Shown one piece after another: positions 1-10,650 of a DNA stretch of 64,000 nucleotides. The stretch is from Octopus bimaculoides (Eukaryota), in the NCBI RefSeq assembly GCF_001194135.2, contig NC_068982.1:113526044-113590043 (forward strand). Direction: 5' to 3'. The position numbers were made by a program, and so were the translations under genes. How positions within the stretch are numbered: position 1 is the first letter of the stretch; every line of letters starts with the position of its first letter. The notes under the pieces were generated by a model that did no database searches, was not told the DNA's origin, and was given only the letters and a program-made list of their open reading frames with translations.

Positions 1-56
1 TCTATATGTATACATATACATCTCTCTCTTTCTCTCTTTCTCTCTCTCTCTCTGAA

Positions 57-378
57 AGTATCTGTCATTACAGTATCGAAATGTGATTGTTTCAGTTAGT
101 GGAATAGTTTTATTTTTAAAGTGAAAGTATTTGACATGAGTGTTTTTGTTTCACTTTTGACACGTAATACTTAAATAGTGGAGGAGATATTATGTTGCCG
201 TGGGCTCAAACTCTGCAAGAAGTTTTAAAAATTTTTTGACTAAAACACAACTGGAACCCTAAGTAAGGCATCTGTAAAATTTGAATGAAATTGGTTGCGT
301 AGTTCTCGAGTTTTAGGGATTCACACAAACAGACAGACAGACAGACAGACACACATTCTCATTTTTATATATATAGAT
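57..378 (-). mobile_element. Possible non-autonomous Helitron-like element fragment (5' end with internal GTCT microsatellite)
   Basis: Minus strand starts A|TCTATATATATAAAAATGAGAATGTGTGTCTGTCTGTCTG..., a TC start followed by a (GTCT)n tract, resembling invertebrate non-autonomous Helitron-type elements (from memory). No 3' CTAG end seen. Left boundary uncertain. Confidence 0.4.
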
Positions 379-1504
379 TCTGTTTTATTTTTCTTTCACT
401 TTTTCTTCTAGAAATACAATTTTGACAGAGAATATATGTCACAAAGAGAGTGACATATATGGAATGGAGAGGAATCAAAACTTGTTTCTTATTCAATATT
501 CGACGTAATATGCCACTGTAACTTAAGAAATTGGATTCATTTAAAGTAGTTCAACTTTTTAAAATACAAAACTAAATATCTCAAATATCAAATTAACTTA
601 CTTTATATCAGTATCATAATTCAGCATTCATATTCCTATATGCCTACACATTTACATTATAATCTCTCGATGGCGGATAGTCCTTCCTTCCTTCCATCGT
701 TATATTAGCGTTAACTAACTAATGTCTTGAATCAAATCAACAAGCATGCAACAGCTGTCATTATTAAGATTTTGTTTTTTTACTACTTACGAGCAAGCAT
801 GTAAAGCAATTACCTTTTGACGTCAACAGACAAGCAAAAATATGAACCAGCATAATACCAAATTAAACCTTTATATCGTATGATTTGAATGTAAAATGAA
901 AAAAAAAACAGCAAACACGTACATGATATCATTAATGAAGGAACAATCATAAATTAACTTATAGAACGTATTTTCCTGTTTCTGATGCAAAAGCATTATT
1001 TTTTTTTTTTTTTTTTTTTTTTTACAAAAATATAAGACTAATGTTTATTTCATCATCCTGAACAATGTATGTATAAATGAAATTTCGCCTGATTGTGTGT
1101 CTCTAATTCAAACAGCAAACATTGTGAGACGCTATGGCATTCATTAATTACATGAACTACAATAACTACGGAGACAAGAACATCATAGATTTCCTGTTAT
1201 ATCCCATACAAAAATCACTAAATCCATTGCAAATCAATACAGCCATCGGAAAGCACTTATTCCCAAGCATGATTCGAATAGTTCCATTCGATGTCGATGT
1301 GTTTAATGAAAAAAGAATGTGACAGGTGATATTGCAGTGAATTTGGTGTCCTCAGACAAAACAAGGATCAGGAAATCAAAATTATTTCACAGTTTTATAT
1401 CAGTAAACTCAAAACTTTTAATACTCAAGGTGAATTTGTATAGAAAATATTTGTGACTATCTTCAGTGATTATATCAGTTATCTCCCTCTTTGTATGTTT
1501 GTCA

Positions 1505-1530
1505 TCTCTCTCTCTCTCTCTTTTTGTATG

Positions 1531-1566
<36 letters not shown>

Positions 1567-1584
1567 GAGAGAGCGAGAGGAGGG

Positions 1585-1655
<71 letters not shown>
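1505..1655. repeat. Compound microsatellite (TC)n-(TA)n-(GA)n-(GATA)n
   Basis: Directly visible. Confidence 0.97.
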
Positions 1656-1844
1656 CGTAAATGTATGACAAAAGAACAGGAGTTATAAAATCATTTTCAT
1701 TAATCTACAACAATTTCTGCAACAAGTAAGTGTGCATCCAGAGCTGAGTGCTCATGTAACATTTTATGCTCTTTCTCCTGTATATGTGTGTGTGTGTCCG
1801 AATGTATGCATATACAACACACACATACATGGACCAGTAGAGCT

Positions 1845-2895
1845 AGATCGACTGATGACCTACTCTCATTTGTCACCCACTAGTGTGGTCTTGACTTAGA
1901 AGAATTTTCTGAAAGCCATTCCTTTGTCCTCGACATCAGCCACTCATTCAAAACTATCTGGCATGCGAAACTTCAATTGAAATTTCCTGCCTGTGGACTC
2001 CACTCGTCTGTCATCTCTTAGATCGGTAGTTTCATATGAAGTTGCGCTATGACCGTGTGCATCGACAGACCTTGTTTTGTCTTTAATTCTATCAACACTG
2101 GTGTGCCCCAAGGTTCTGAATCTTATCCCACTTTCTTTCTTATATAAAATAAGGTGATAGTTGTTAGATGTGGGTAATTGGTACCACATATAACAAAGTT
2201 CACTCTTTCACAGAAGAGACTATCTTTCCCAACATTCGCGAATGATGCATTATCCACTCGCAACCTAGAAACCAGACGCTACTCCATGAGCAATGACCTT
2301 AAAAGCATCCTTCAAATGAAATATGCCAACGCTGTTTCTTTCAATAAGATGACAAAGACGCTACTCATGTCAAAAGAACATCATCGTACCACACTTCCCC
2401 TAATCAAGAGCATTACTCAGCTAAAGCCCCAACAGTTGATCCATTTATCACTGAGGATCCATCCTGACGAAAACACATCATTAACATAGTAAATATTGAA
2501 TCCTAACGACTAGCCCTCAGCAATTATTGACACCCTACAAGGCTTAGGTGAAGCCTTTAATAGGGTATTGTTCCCACATCTTGGACAGAGCTACTGAACA
2601 CACAGAAATCCAAGAGTGCATCCAAACAATGTGCTGGCAACTGATTTACATGCTCCCGTGTTTGACTTACTGGTAAACAACCTCCTTTCTCTCTGCTTTT
2701 TCAACCGCTGCTATACTAACCTCTGCTCCTTGGTGTTCACTGTGCTCATGCCATTTCCATCCAGGTATTTCTTTCCCTGTCGGCTCACCTTCTCTTATTA
2801 ACTTTGTTTCGTACAACCGTTCCAGGACCTGCACTAATCACTACGCCCAGTCCTTCATTCCCAGAGCGTTCCTCTAGAATTCCATTCTAGCTGGG
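1845..2895 (+). mobile_element. Decayed LINE ORF2 3' half (reverse transcriptase, CR1/L2-group)
   Basis: Plus-strand translation across stops and frameshifts gives RSTDDLLSFV, LDISHSFKTIWH (cf. LDISKAFDRVWH), TGVPQGSESYPTFFLI (cf. GVPQGSVLSPTLFLI), ANAVSFNKMTKT and TNHYAQSFIPR..*NS (cf. SFIPRT..LWNSLP) in canonical order. Confidence 0.9.
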
Positions 2896-3785
2896 AACTT
2901 TACTCCAGATGATATGACTATTAAAAATTTAAGAGGAGGGTTAAGGGCATCAATTTCACCGTTCTAGATAATGGGAGTCTTGATGGATTTATAGACCAGT
3001 TTTACACACAGCGATTGGATATACACTGTGATGAGGAATGTTAAATAGAGAAGAGAAGATCAGCAGTAATATTGCGGTGCATGTAATGAGGAATTAGAAG
3101 CAAAACAGTGAACAAATGTAGTAACATAATCTGCAGGAGTATTACTTACAGAACTGCGATTAGTAACTTTATTAACTGTGTGGAAGCCATTTACGTGACA
3201 CATAAGTGGTTTCCGCACGATTAGTAAAATTCCATTTGGTAATAGTTCACAGTAATTCAAAAACAAGCTGAGCTTTCAGAACGCGTAATAAACAACCAAA
3301 ACTGTTTTCCTAAAACATACGGAATATTATTATTAGCGTCTATCTAATAATAAAGTGGAATGGTTCATTGTAAGATTTGATCTAATTCCTAGAGGTATAA
3401 AAGTAAATATTACAAGTTTGGTTAACTGCACTGTCTTCCAGCATGTATACAACAGTAATAAATAACCTGAATATAATCATATAACCACTATGATACAAAC
3501 GAAACAATTAGCGAAAGTCATATAAATATATATAATTAAGAGAAAGAAGTAAATTAGATACAGACTTCGTTTCTACTGGTTACATGTTATTGATTCCATA
3601 TTGGATGAAAAAATAATCAGTGATTTCACTAACACTATCGATTTTCTGTGTTACAGTCGGCTTACTTGCACGAAACTCAGATTCGTTCTACTAGCATGTT
3701 GTGGTTCCTAAAAGATGCACATGCAATTTAATAATGAGCAGTCTTTATTACGTCTACAGAAACATCATTCGGTAATTTCACTTAC

Positions 3786-3847
3786 TTCTATTTGGACCTA
3801 TTCCATTGCTTTGTGTTCTTTCGAAATAGGAACTAGTGAGAGTTAGT
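3786..3847 (-). CDS. Candidate 62-nt internal exon (xLTLTSSYFERTQSNGIGPNR), unidentified
   Basis: Minus strand: GTATTTCTTATTCTCTAG| acceptor, |GTAAGT donor, one open frame. No homology recognised; could be chance. Confidence 0.15.
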
Positions 3848-4824
3848 CTAGAGAATAAGAAATACAATCAGGTTGAAATCTCCACTCACGAGGCCTGAAT
3901 GTGAAAAGCAAGTTAACAAAATAACACAAAACGAAAACAGTTATGAATAAGTTAGAAAATGGCACAGACTTTAATTGTTAAATGACTTTCGGCGAGAGTT
4001 TAATTAAATTATTTTTCCATCGAGTAAAAAGAAAAAGTAGGAGGCAAAGAAAATTGGAAGAAAAGGATCGAAACTTGAAGTAGGAAATGAAGCAATGGTG
4101 AATGCTTTACATAGCTCCTCTAATGGAAATTAGTTAAGAATAGAATTTAATAAAGATTCTCTGCTTCATTTTTGCAAGATTTGCTTCTCATCTAATTGAA
4201 AAGTGCTGCAAGAATAGATTTGTGACGCACAGAATGTGGTTGTTGTATATTTTGTGTTTGTTTTGTTATAGAAAATGGTAGTAAGAGAGGAGAGGATGAG
4301 GTAGTGAAGCAAAAGTATGGTGACAAGAGGATAATTAGAATAAAATATTTGTAAGTCTTACACTCGCTATCAAAACAGAGAGAAACCAGGTGGATCGAAG
4401 TAAAGAGAATTGGGCTAGAATTAGTTATTTCAAAATTCATCTTCTGATGGAAAATTAGGATTATACTGATTAAAATTATCGTTCGCTATAACGTCACGTA
4501 CGCATCCTTTTTAATCCGAGATATTCAGTTATGAATAGTTATCGTTTCGACAGAGCAGAAGGTTAACCAGAATGTTTGAGAAAAGGCGATTTTGCTGATT
4601 CAGTGTGCTCTAAAATAAACAGCCGTTGCACACGCGAGGTTTATATGTTGCTCATTTTGTTAGAAGGTACCTAATTTGTTGAATCGGCTACAGTATTTCA
4701 CTAGTATTCATAAGTCTCAGAGTAAAGGAACCTAGCAGAAATTGAACTGGTGGAATTAGAATCGCTATACACAGATGGTAAAAATTTTTACTGTTTGCAA
4801 TAACTTTTGAAAGCTTCTGTTATA

Positions 4825-5093
4825 TGTTGTTGTTGGCACTCCGTCGCTTACGACGTCGAGGGTTCCAGTCGATCCGATCAACGGAACAGCCTGCTCGTGA
4901 AATTAACGTGCAAGTGGCTGAGCAAGCCACAGACACGTGTACCCTTAACGTAGTTCTCGGGAATATTCAGCGTGACACAGTGTGACAAGGCTGGCCCTTT
5001 GAAATACAGGTACAACAGAAACAGGAAGAAAGTTGTGGCGGAAGAGTACAGCAAGGTTCGCCACCATCCCCTGCCGGAGCCTCGTGGAGCTTT
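4825..5093 (-). mobile_element. 5'-truncated copy of tRNA-derived SINE family C (same as 35322-35691)
   Basis: Reverse complement aligns by eye with the 3' two-thirds of 35322-35691, including the GTGCCAACAACAAC tail. The tRNA head is missing. Confidence 0.88.
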
Positions 5094-5319
5094 TATATTA
5101 AGCCTGGTACTTCTACTTTTTTTTCTCTCCTAAAGGTTTTGGTCGACTCGAAGCTTGAGGTGAAATACCTTCAGTGGGATCGTTCTCGGAATAATGCACT
5201 TGCAAATCGACCTTCTTAACCATACTGTAATCCCAGCACCCACTGATGCGAGCGGATGTTTTTAACTACTATATATTATACAAATATGCTTAAAAATCAT
5301 TACCATTAAGTTACTTATT

Positions 5320-5525
5320 GATTTCAAATTTTGGCACAAGGCTAACAATTTTAGGGAAGTGGGTAAATCGATTACAGTGATCAACTAGTATTTATTTTAT
5401 TGACCCCCTAAAGGATGAAAGGTAAAGTTAACCTCAGCAGAATTTGAACTCAGAGCATAAAGACGGACAAAATGCTGCCAAGCATTTTGTCCAATGTGCT
5501 AACAATTCTGCTAGTTTGCTGCCTT
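5320..5525 (-). mobile_element. tRNA-derived SINE family B
   Basis: Reverse complement of family consensus GGCGGCGAGCTGGCAGAATCGTTAGCA...TTCTGAGTTCAAATT...GTCGACTTTGCCTTTCATCCTTTCGGGGTCGATAAAATAAGTACCAG...GTGCCAAAATTTGAAA seen in many copies in the window. Confidence 0.85.
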
Positions 5526-6564
5526 GCAATAAAGCTATTTTAAAAGGTAGACTATCACCAGAATAGCTTATCACAAACCATCATACTACAACTGTAGTGA
5601 CATCCTGAAACAATTTCCAAAATTTGTTAATTATTGTGACATATGTGTATACCATATAATGAAGCGGGCGAGAATTTTTTTAATTGATAAATTTATACAC
5701 AACGAATTTTAATTAATTAAAATTGCATCGATAACAATGAGAATAATAATTATATAAATGACTAATTACGGCAAAAGAAAACTGTATAGACAACCCCAAA
5801 ATTTTAATTAATTAATATTAATTAAATATGAAATGCAGTAAAAAAAAGTGAGTCTAATCTTTAGTAGCGTGGTGACAACTCTGGACTTGTTAAGCGTTTT
5901 GTTTGTTTCTTGGGCTTGTATTTTGTTGAACCAAAGTATAATATTCAAAATTTGCTTTTGTACTCTAGATGATGTTAGCAACTGTTTAACAAAACTGCAA
6001 CGATGTGATTGCTTTGAAAGTATGACGTCTTGTAAATTTAAGATGTCGTGTAAATTTAACAGGGTTCATACTTTCATACAGCACGTATTCTTTACAAACT
6101 GAGAAGGCTGAAATGTGCTCTTTATACCTATAAGCAAAATTTAAATTCATATTAGAAGGAATATTTGTTGTCCTTCGTCGTCTTTATGTAGAAGTACTCT
6201 ACTTCTACAATTTCACTAACTTTTGATTCATGCTACTACATCCAGGTTCTATAAGAACTATTATTCAGCATTGCTCTCTGCCATTTTCTTCTTTGATAAA
6301 TTCCATTATTTATTCATAGCGAGTTCTCTACTATTAAAGGAAATCTTCACCTTCTCTTCTATATCTCATTAAACTCTCTCTATTTCTCTCTCTTATTTCG
6401 GAAGCAACAGAACCCATTCAAAATTTCCCAGGTATCTTTTACATGTTTCAAACATTAGACTCCGGCCATGTTGGGGCATCGGATTCAAAGATGTAGTCGG
6501 AAAAATTGATCCCAGTACTACGACTTGTACTTATTATACCAATCTCATTTGCTGAACCACTGAG

Positions 6565-6812
6565 TGACGACAACGTAAACAGACCAACATCGGTCGTAAA
6601 GCGATGAACGGAGAATAAGCACAAGGTCAAAGAGACATATACATATACACATGTATTTATATGACAGGCTTCCACACAGTTTCCATCAACCAAATTCACT
6701 CACAAGACATTGGTTGGTCCAGGACTATAGTGGAAGATACTTGTCCGAGGTGTTGCGCTGTAGGACTGAACCCGATACCACGTGGTTTCAAAGCGAGCTT
6801 CTTAACAACACC
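6565..6812 (-). mobile_element. tRNA/CORE-type SINE family A, diverged partial copy
   Basis: Aligns with 8955-9335 and 61052-61265; minus strand has GGGTTCAGTCC B-box-like motif and CCTCGGACAAGTATCTTCC CORE-like motif. Confidence 0.75.
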
Positions 6813-7329
6813 TAACTGTAAAATATAATCCTTGAGCAAAAACTCGCTTGAGTTAGTGAAGACGAATTAGCATTCCATTTGCAATGGATTAATTATGTTA
6901 TAAACATACTCTGGAAAATATGTGAAACTGAGTAATTATTTGTTGATCTTGGGACTAAATTTCTCACATATTACAATCAAATTATCTCAGTAACAACTTA
7001 CTACCGTGACACAGATCAGTATCTACATATAATATATTTTTGGAACGTGAATTGAAAAATGTGGTTATAAACACACGTTATCTATCAACACCATTCACAT
7101 AAGCCCTACCATATCTTTTGAGGGCGAAGCATAAAGTGTGCTTAAGTGGCTTAAGAGTTAATTTAACTCGTATTTTAGAATAAGTGGTGTTAGCACCCTT
7201 CGTCACTTTTGTGAACTCTATTAATTTTGCTTTTAGGTTATAACTGCTAATAAGCCACCCTTTTAATTTGTGGCTTACACTTTTATCGTTTTGAAAATCA
7301 GCACGTTTTCAACGGATATTCTTATAAGA

Positions 7330-7472
7330 GAGTTAAGGTGTGTCTGGGGAGAGTCATTTTCTTTTTGTGCCTTATGATTTAACACACTCACCGGTAAAAT
7401 TTCCACTTATTTCTTATTTTTATTTTCCTAAAATTTTCGTTGCATCTAGCAACCTTTTCAATAGTCTTGACT
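7330..7472 (-). mobile_element. Dispersed repeat (probable PLE pseudo-LTR) shared with 13757-13900, 14396-14492 and 16520-16670
   Basis: Shared plus-strand block GGGGAGAGTCATT...TTTAACACACTCACCGGTAAAATTTCCACT...CTAAAATTTTCGTTGC...GCAACCTTTTCAATAGT. PLE link inferred from its position in the arms around a GIY-YIG fragment. Confidence 0.75.
7428..7464 (-). ncRNA. Candidate variant minimal hammerhead ribozyme (U3:A8 core)
   Basis: Minus strand: CUA-UUGAAAA-G-GUUGC-UAGAU-GCAAC-GAA-AAUU-U-UAG, i.e. 3-bp stem I, core, 5-bp stem II, GAAA, palindromic AAUU stem III, UUU site. Confidence 0.5.
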
Positions 7473-7782
7473 CTACAAAAATCCCTTATTTTCGGAGTTT
7501 AGGAGGCTTGATGGAGTAAATACTCTTGATTGATCTCAGCGAAAATTTAACATTTTTCTAGTAATCAAGAGTTTAGGTGGTCTACACCAAAATTCGAAAT
7601 CGCGATACGGCTATATACTAGGGTAGAGTGAAAATAAAAAATTGTAGAAATTCAAAATGCTGTTCGACTAAAAGGTTTCGCGAGTAAACGCATAAATGCA
7701 AAACAAGGTGGGAAAAAATAATGCTCGAATACTGAATGTAGAGTAATATGCTTTCTTAGAGCTGCAAAAACATCTTGATCAC

Positions 7783-7823
7783 AACTGTCCGACGAGCGGA
7801 CACGTGAAACTTAAGTAATGGTT
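7783..7823 (+). ncRNA. Minimal type I hammerhead ribozyme of PLE type (dimer-dependent palindromic stem III)
   Basis: AACUGU-CCGACGA-GCG-GACA-CGU-GAA-ACUUAAGU-A-AUGGUU: 6-bp stem I (2 GU), core with U4C, 3-bp stem II, 8-nt palindrome ACUUAAGU, GUA cleavage triplet. Confidence 0.72.
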
Positions 7824-7978
7824 CTATGATGTTTTTGAAGCTTTAATAAATGTGTGTGTCTGTGTGTGTGTGTGTGCGTGCGTGTTGTGGTTCTACAAAT
7901 GACACCGATAGAATAGGATTTAGATAATAATTGTTTTCATCAAGAAGTGTGAAATCTTCATCAAATTTTTTCTTAGTT

Positions 7979-8057
7979 GGCAACATTATATATTGCAGCA
8001 TTATATATTGCAACATTATATATGGCAACATTATATATGAAAACATTATATATGGTA
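7979..8057. repeat. 15-bp tandem repeat (GCAACATTATATAT[G/T]) about 5 copies
   Basis: Directly visible; explains the periodic ORFs 7843-8191. Confidence 0.92.
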
Positions 8058-8643
8058 GCGCTCGCATTACTATTATGTTCTTATGCGGTAGATATTACTT
8101 GGGGTGCAGTCCCCTGTCATTCTGGTATAGTGTCACTCCTCTGTATTCATATCTACTGGCAAAAACAAATTTAGGGTTGGCACGTGTTTAGCCATCAACA
8201 TTGCTTTGTTTTCTTTTTTCTGTCTGTTACAAAGATAGCCACCCAAATAGATAATGGTTTCTTGTATAGGTACAGTATGAGGGAGCCTCTGAATGGTTGC
8301 ATTACTGCTAGAAATAGAAGCCAAATTTTCCTCAACTCACACCTTACCGTCTTGAAAATGGAAAGAGCAGAATGTATAATGTATTCTTTTATATATTCAA
8401 ACAATAAAACATGGTGGTTCTGACTGGAATACCTTTGATTAAGCCTCTGCTCGATTAAGACTAACGTGAGTCTGAAAGAAGTAACAACGGGTGATAGAGA
8501 ATTTATGCTCAGTAAGACGATGAATTTCTTAATGGTAGAATAAAGGTACTTTATATGAAAAGGGAAGAGAATCAAAAATGAAAACTGGGTTGTGGAAGCT
8601 TTCAGACTTTGTGCCATGACTATTCACAGACAGAGAGATAGAC

Positions 8644-8714
8644 TTTCATGAAGGCAGTATACTTGAATATTTTCATGAAGGCGATATACTTGAATATTTT
8701 CATGAAGGCGATAT
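8644..8714. repeat. 27-bp tandem repeat (TTTCATGAAGGCGATATACTTGAATAT) x2.6
   Basis: Units start at 8644, 8671 and 8698. Confidence 0.92.
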
Positions 8715-8954
8715 TTTATTTTCGGTAAATGCATGCATAACCGCATTCGAAGTTCGAATCCAGTGCACAGCACTTTTGGCATGTAACTTCAACCGCAGCT
8801 TTGATTTCGTTTGTGACTGAAATTTTCTGGTCACAAATAGTGTGGAAGTTCGACGTTTATATATATGTAGATAGATAGATGGATAAAATCAGGAGACACA
8901 TCGAGAAAGAGAAATAGCGCCCACTGTCACTTACATATATGTGTGTGTGTGCAT

Positions 8955-9335
8955 ATTCTTTTATTCTTTTACTTGTTTCAGTTATTTGATTGTGGTCATG
9001 CTGGAGCACCGCCTTTTAGTCGAGGAAATCGACCCCTGGACTTATTCTTTGGAAGCCTAGTGCTTATTCTATCGGTGTATTCCGCCGAACCGCTAAGTTA
9101 AGGGGACGTAAACACACCAACATCGGTTATCAAGTGATTGTAGGGGACAACCACACACACAACACCACCTCTACCACCACCACCACCAACCCCACACACA
9201 CGCGGGCTGCTTCCAGTTTCCGTCTGCCAAATCCACTCACAAGGCTTTGGTCGGCCCGAGGCTATAGTAGAGAACACTTACTTGAGGTGTTACTCAGTGG
9301 GACTGAAGTATGTGGGTGGAAAGCAAGCTTCTTAA
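8955..9335 (-). mobile_element. tRNA/CORE-type SINE family A, near full length
   Basis: Minus strand: tRNA-like head, CORE-like segment, TATAGCCTCGGGCCGACCAAAGCCTTGTGAGTGGATTTGG, central microsatellite, AAACAAGTAAAAGAATAAAAGAAT tail. Matches 61052-61265 and 62070-62360. Confidence 0.9.
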
Positions 9336-9934
9336 GTTATCCATAAATTAGAGATAAGAGTACACTCAATATAAATAGAGGAGCGAGTAAATGTTTATAT
9401 TGTTAAGCAATGTATTAATGGTTGTGGGGTATAATTAATTTGAATGATACCGTCGATTTTTTAAGAAAATTGCTACTAGATAAATTTGACGGCTCTACGG
9501 ACATGTTAAACAGAAGCGCATAGCCTCTTCAGCGCTGGTGGTGAATAGACTCTAAGTTGGTTCGGTAGTGGCAACAGGATGAAATAAAATAGAAAAAAAT
9601 ACTTAAGTAATGAGATAAAAATGAAAGGAAATTATATCCCATAGATTATTGTTAGCCATGGTTGAAATATGTAAGCCGTGTGTGTATCGTTCACGTTCAA
9701 AAAGAGGCATGACAAAGTTGCTGAAATGAATTTGAACTCATGAGGGCAGTTTCCGAAATTTTCACTTTTCGACTTCAGAAGTCTAAATTTTTAAAATGAA
9801 TCTCTTCTCAGCCATTAACGTTTGGCCTAGATCGTTCCAGTAATTTGCAGTTGTTGATATACGGCGTCACGTCCTCTTTCAGCTGGCTAAAGTTTAATAT
9901 TAAGCCTATCCTGGATCCTAAAATAGGATCTGTT

Positions 9935-10650
9935 ATTATTCAGCCTGCCCGACAAGGGGTCTACTGTTGCTCCGATTTATTTCTAGAAATGAATCCACCA
10001 GACATACGGTAGACTTTTAGGAAATAGTATCAAGCAAAATTATAAAAAGAATCCCTTCCAAGCCTACAATAATACCAACAATGGGACCAAGCAGTTAGCT
10101 GGCATTTTACGTATAGAGGACAGGGTAGAAACCCTAGCTAAGAGAAATATTTATGTCACTATTAAATAGCACAAACCGAACTCCGCTTCCAATCCCAAGT
10201 GCCACCAAAACCGGTGATGGGTCTGGTAAATAAGCACATACTCAGAAAGATCAATAATGACATGAGGAAAGCATCTCTCTTCATTATGCGACTAGAGTGA
10301 AGTGATTTCATGGTTTAAGGAAAATTAGGGTTGAGACAGAATAAGATTCACCTAATTCGATATAGTGAACTTTTATCGATGTATACTAAGATGGGCTATT
10401 ATACAGGGCATTTAATTTTGCTAATGGCTTTCCCTACATTAGCGATAGGAATATAGTTATAATTGTGTGCCAGAAAAACCTTGCTTTTCGACACAGGTTC
10501 AGCCTTGGTCATTAAAACAAACCCAGATGTTCCTTTAACATAGCGATTTGACAATGCGGATATTCTAGTTGTCCTAGATAGGAAATCTTCTTCAGCTCGC
10601 TTTGATTTTTATAGAGATGACGTTTTAGCTATCCCTGGAGGTATGAACGA
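9935..10650 (+). mobile_element. Decayed Penelope-like element RT (YRDD-type lineage)
   Basis: Translation across lesions: PA-DKGSTV, LRIEDRVETLAKRNIYVTIK*HKPN, VISWFK, FT*FDIVNFY, ARKTLLF, FYRDDVLA (cf. TLKDHKPNF, FIQFDIVDFYP, ARKSLLF, GLYRDDGLA). Confidence 0.8.
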
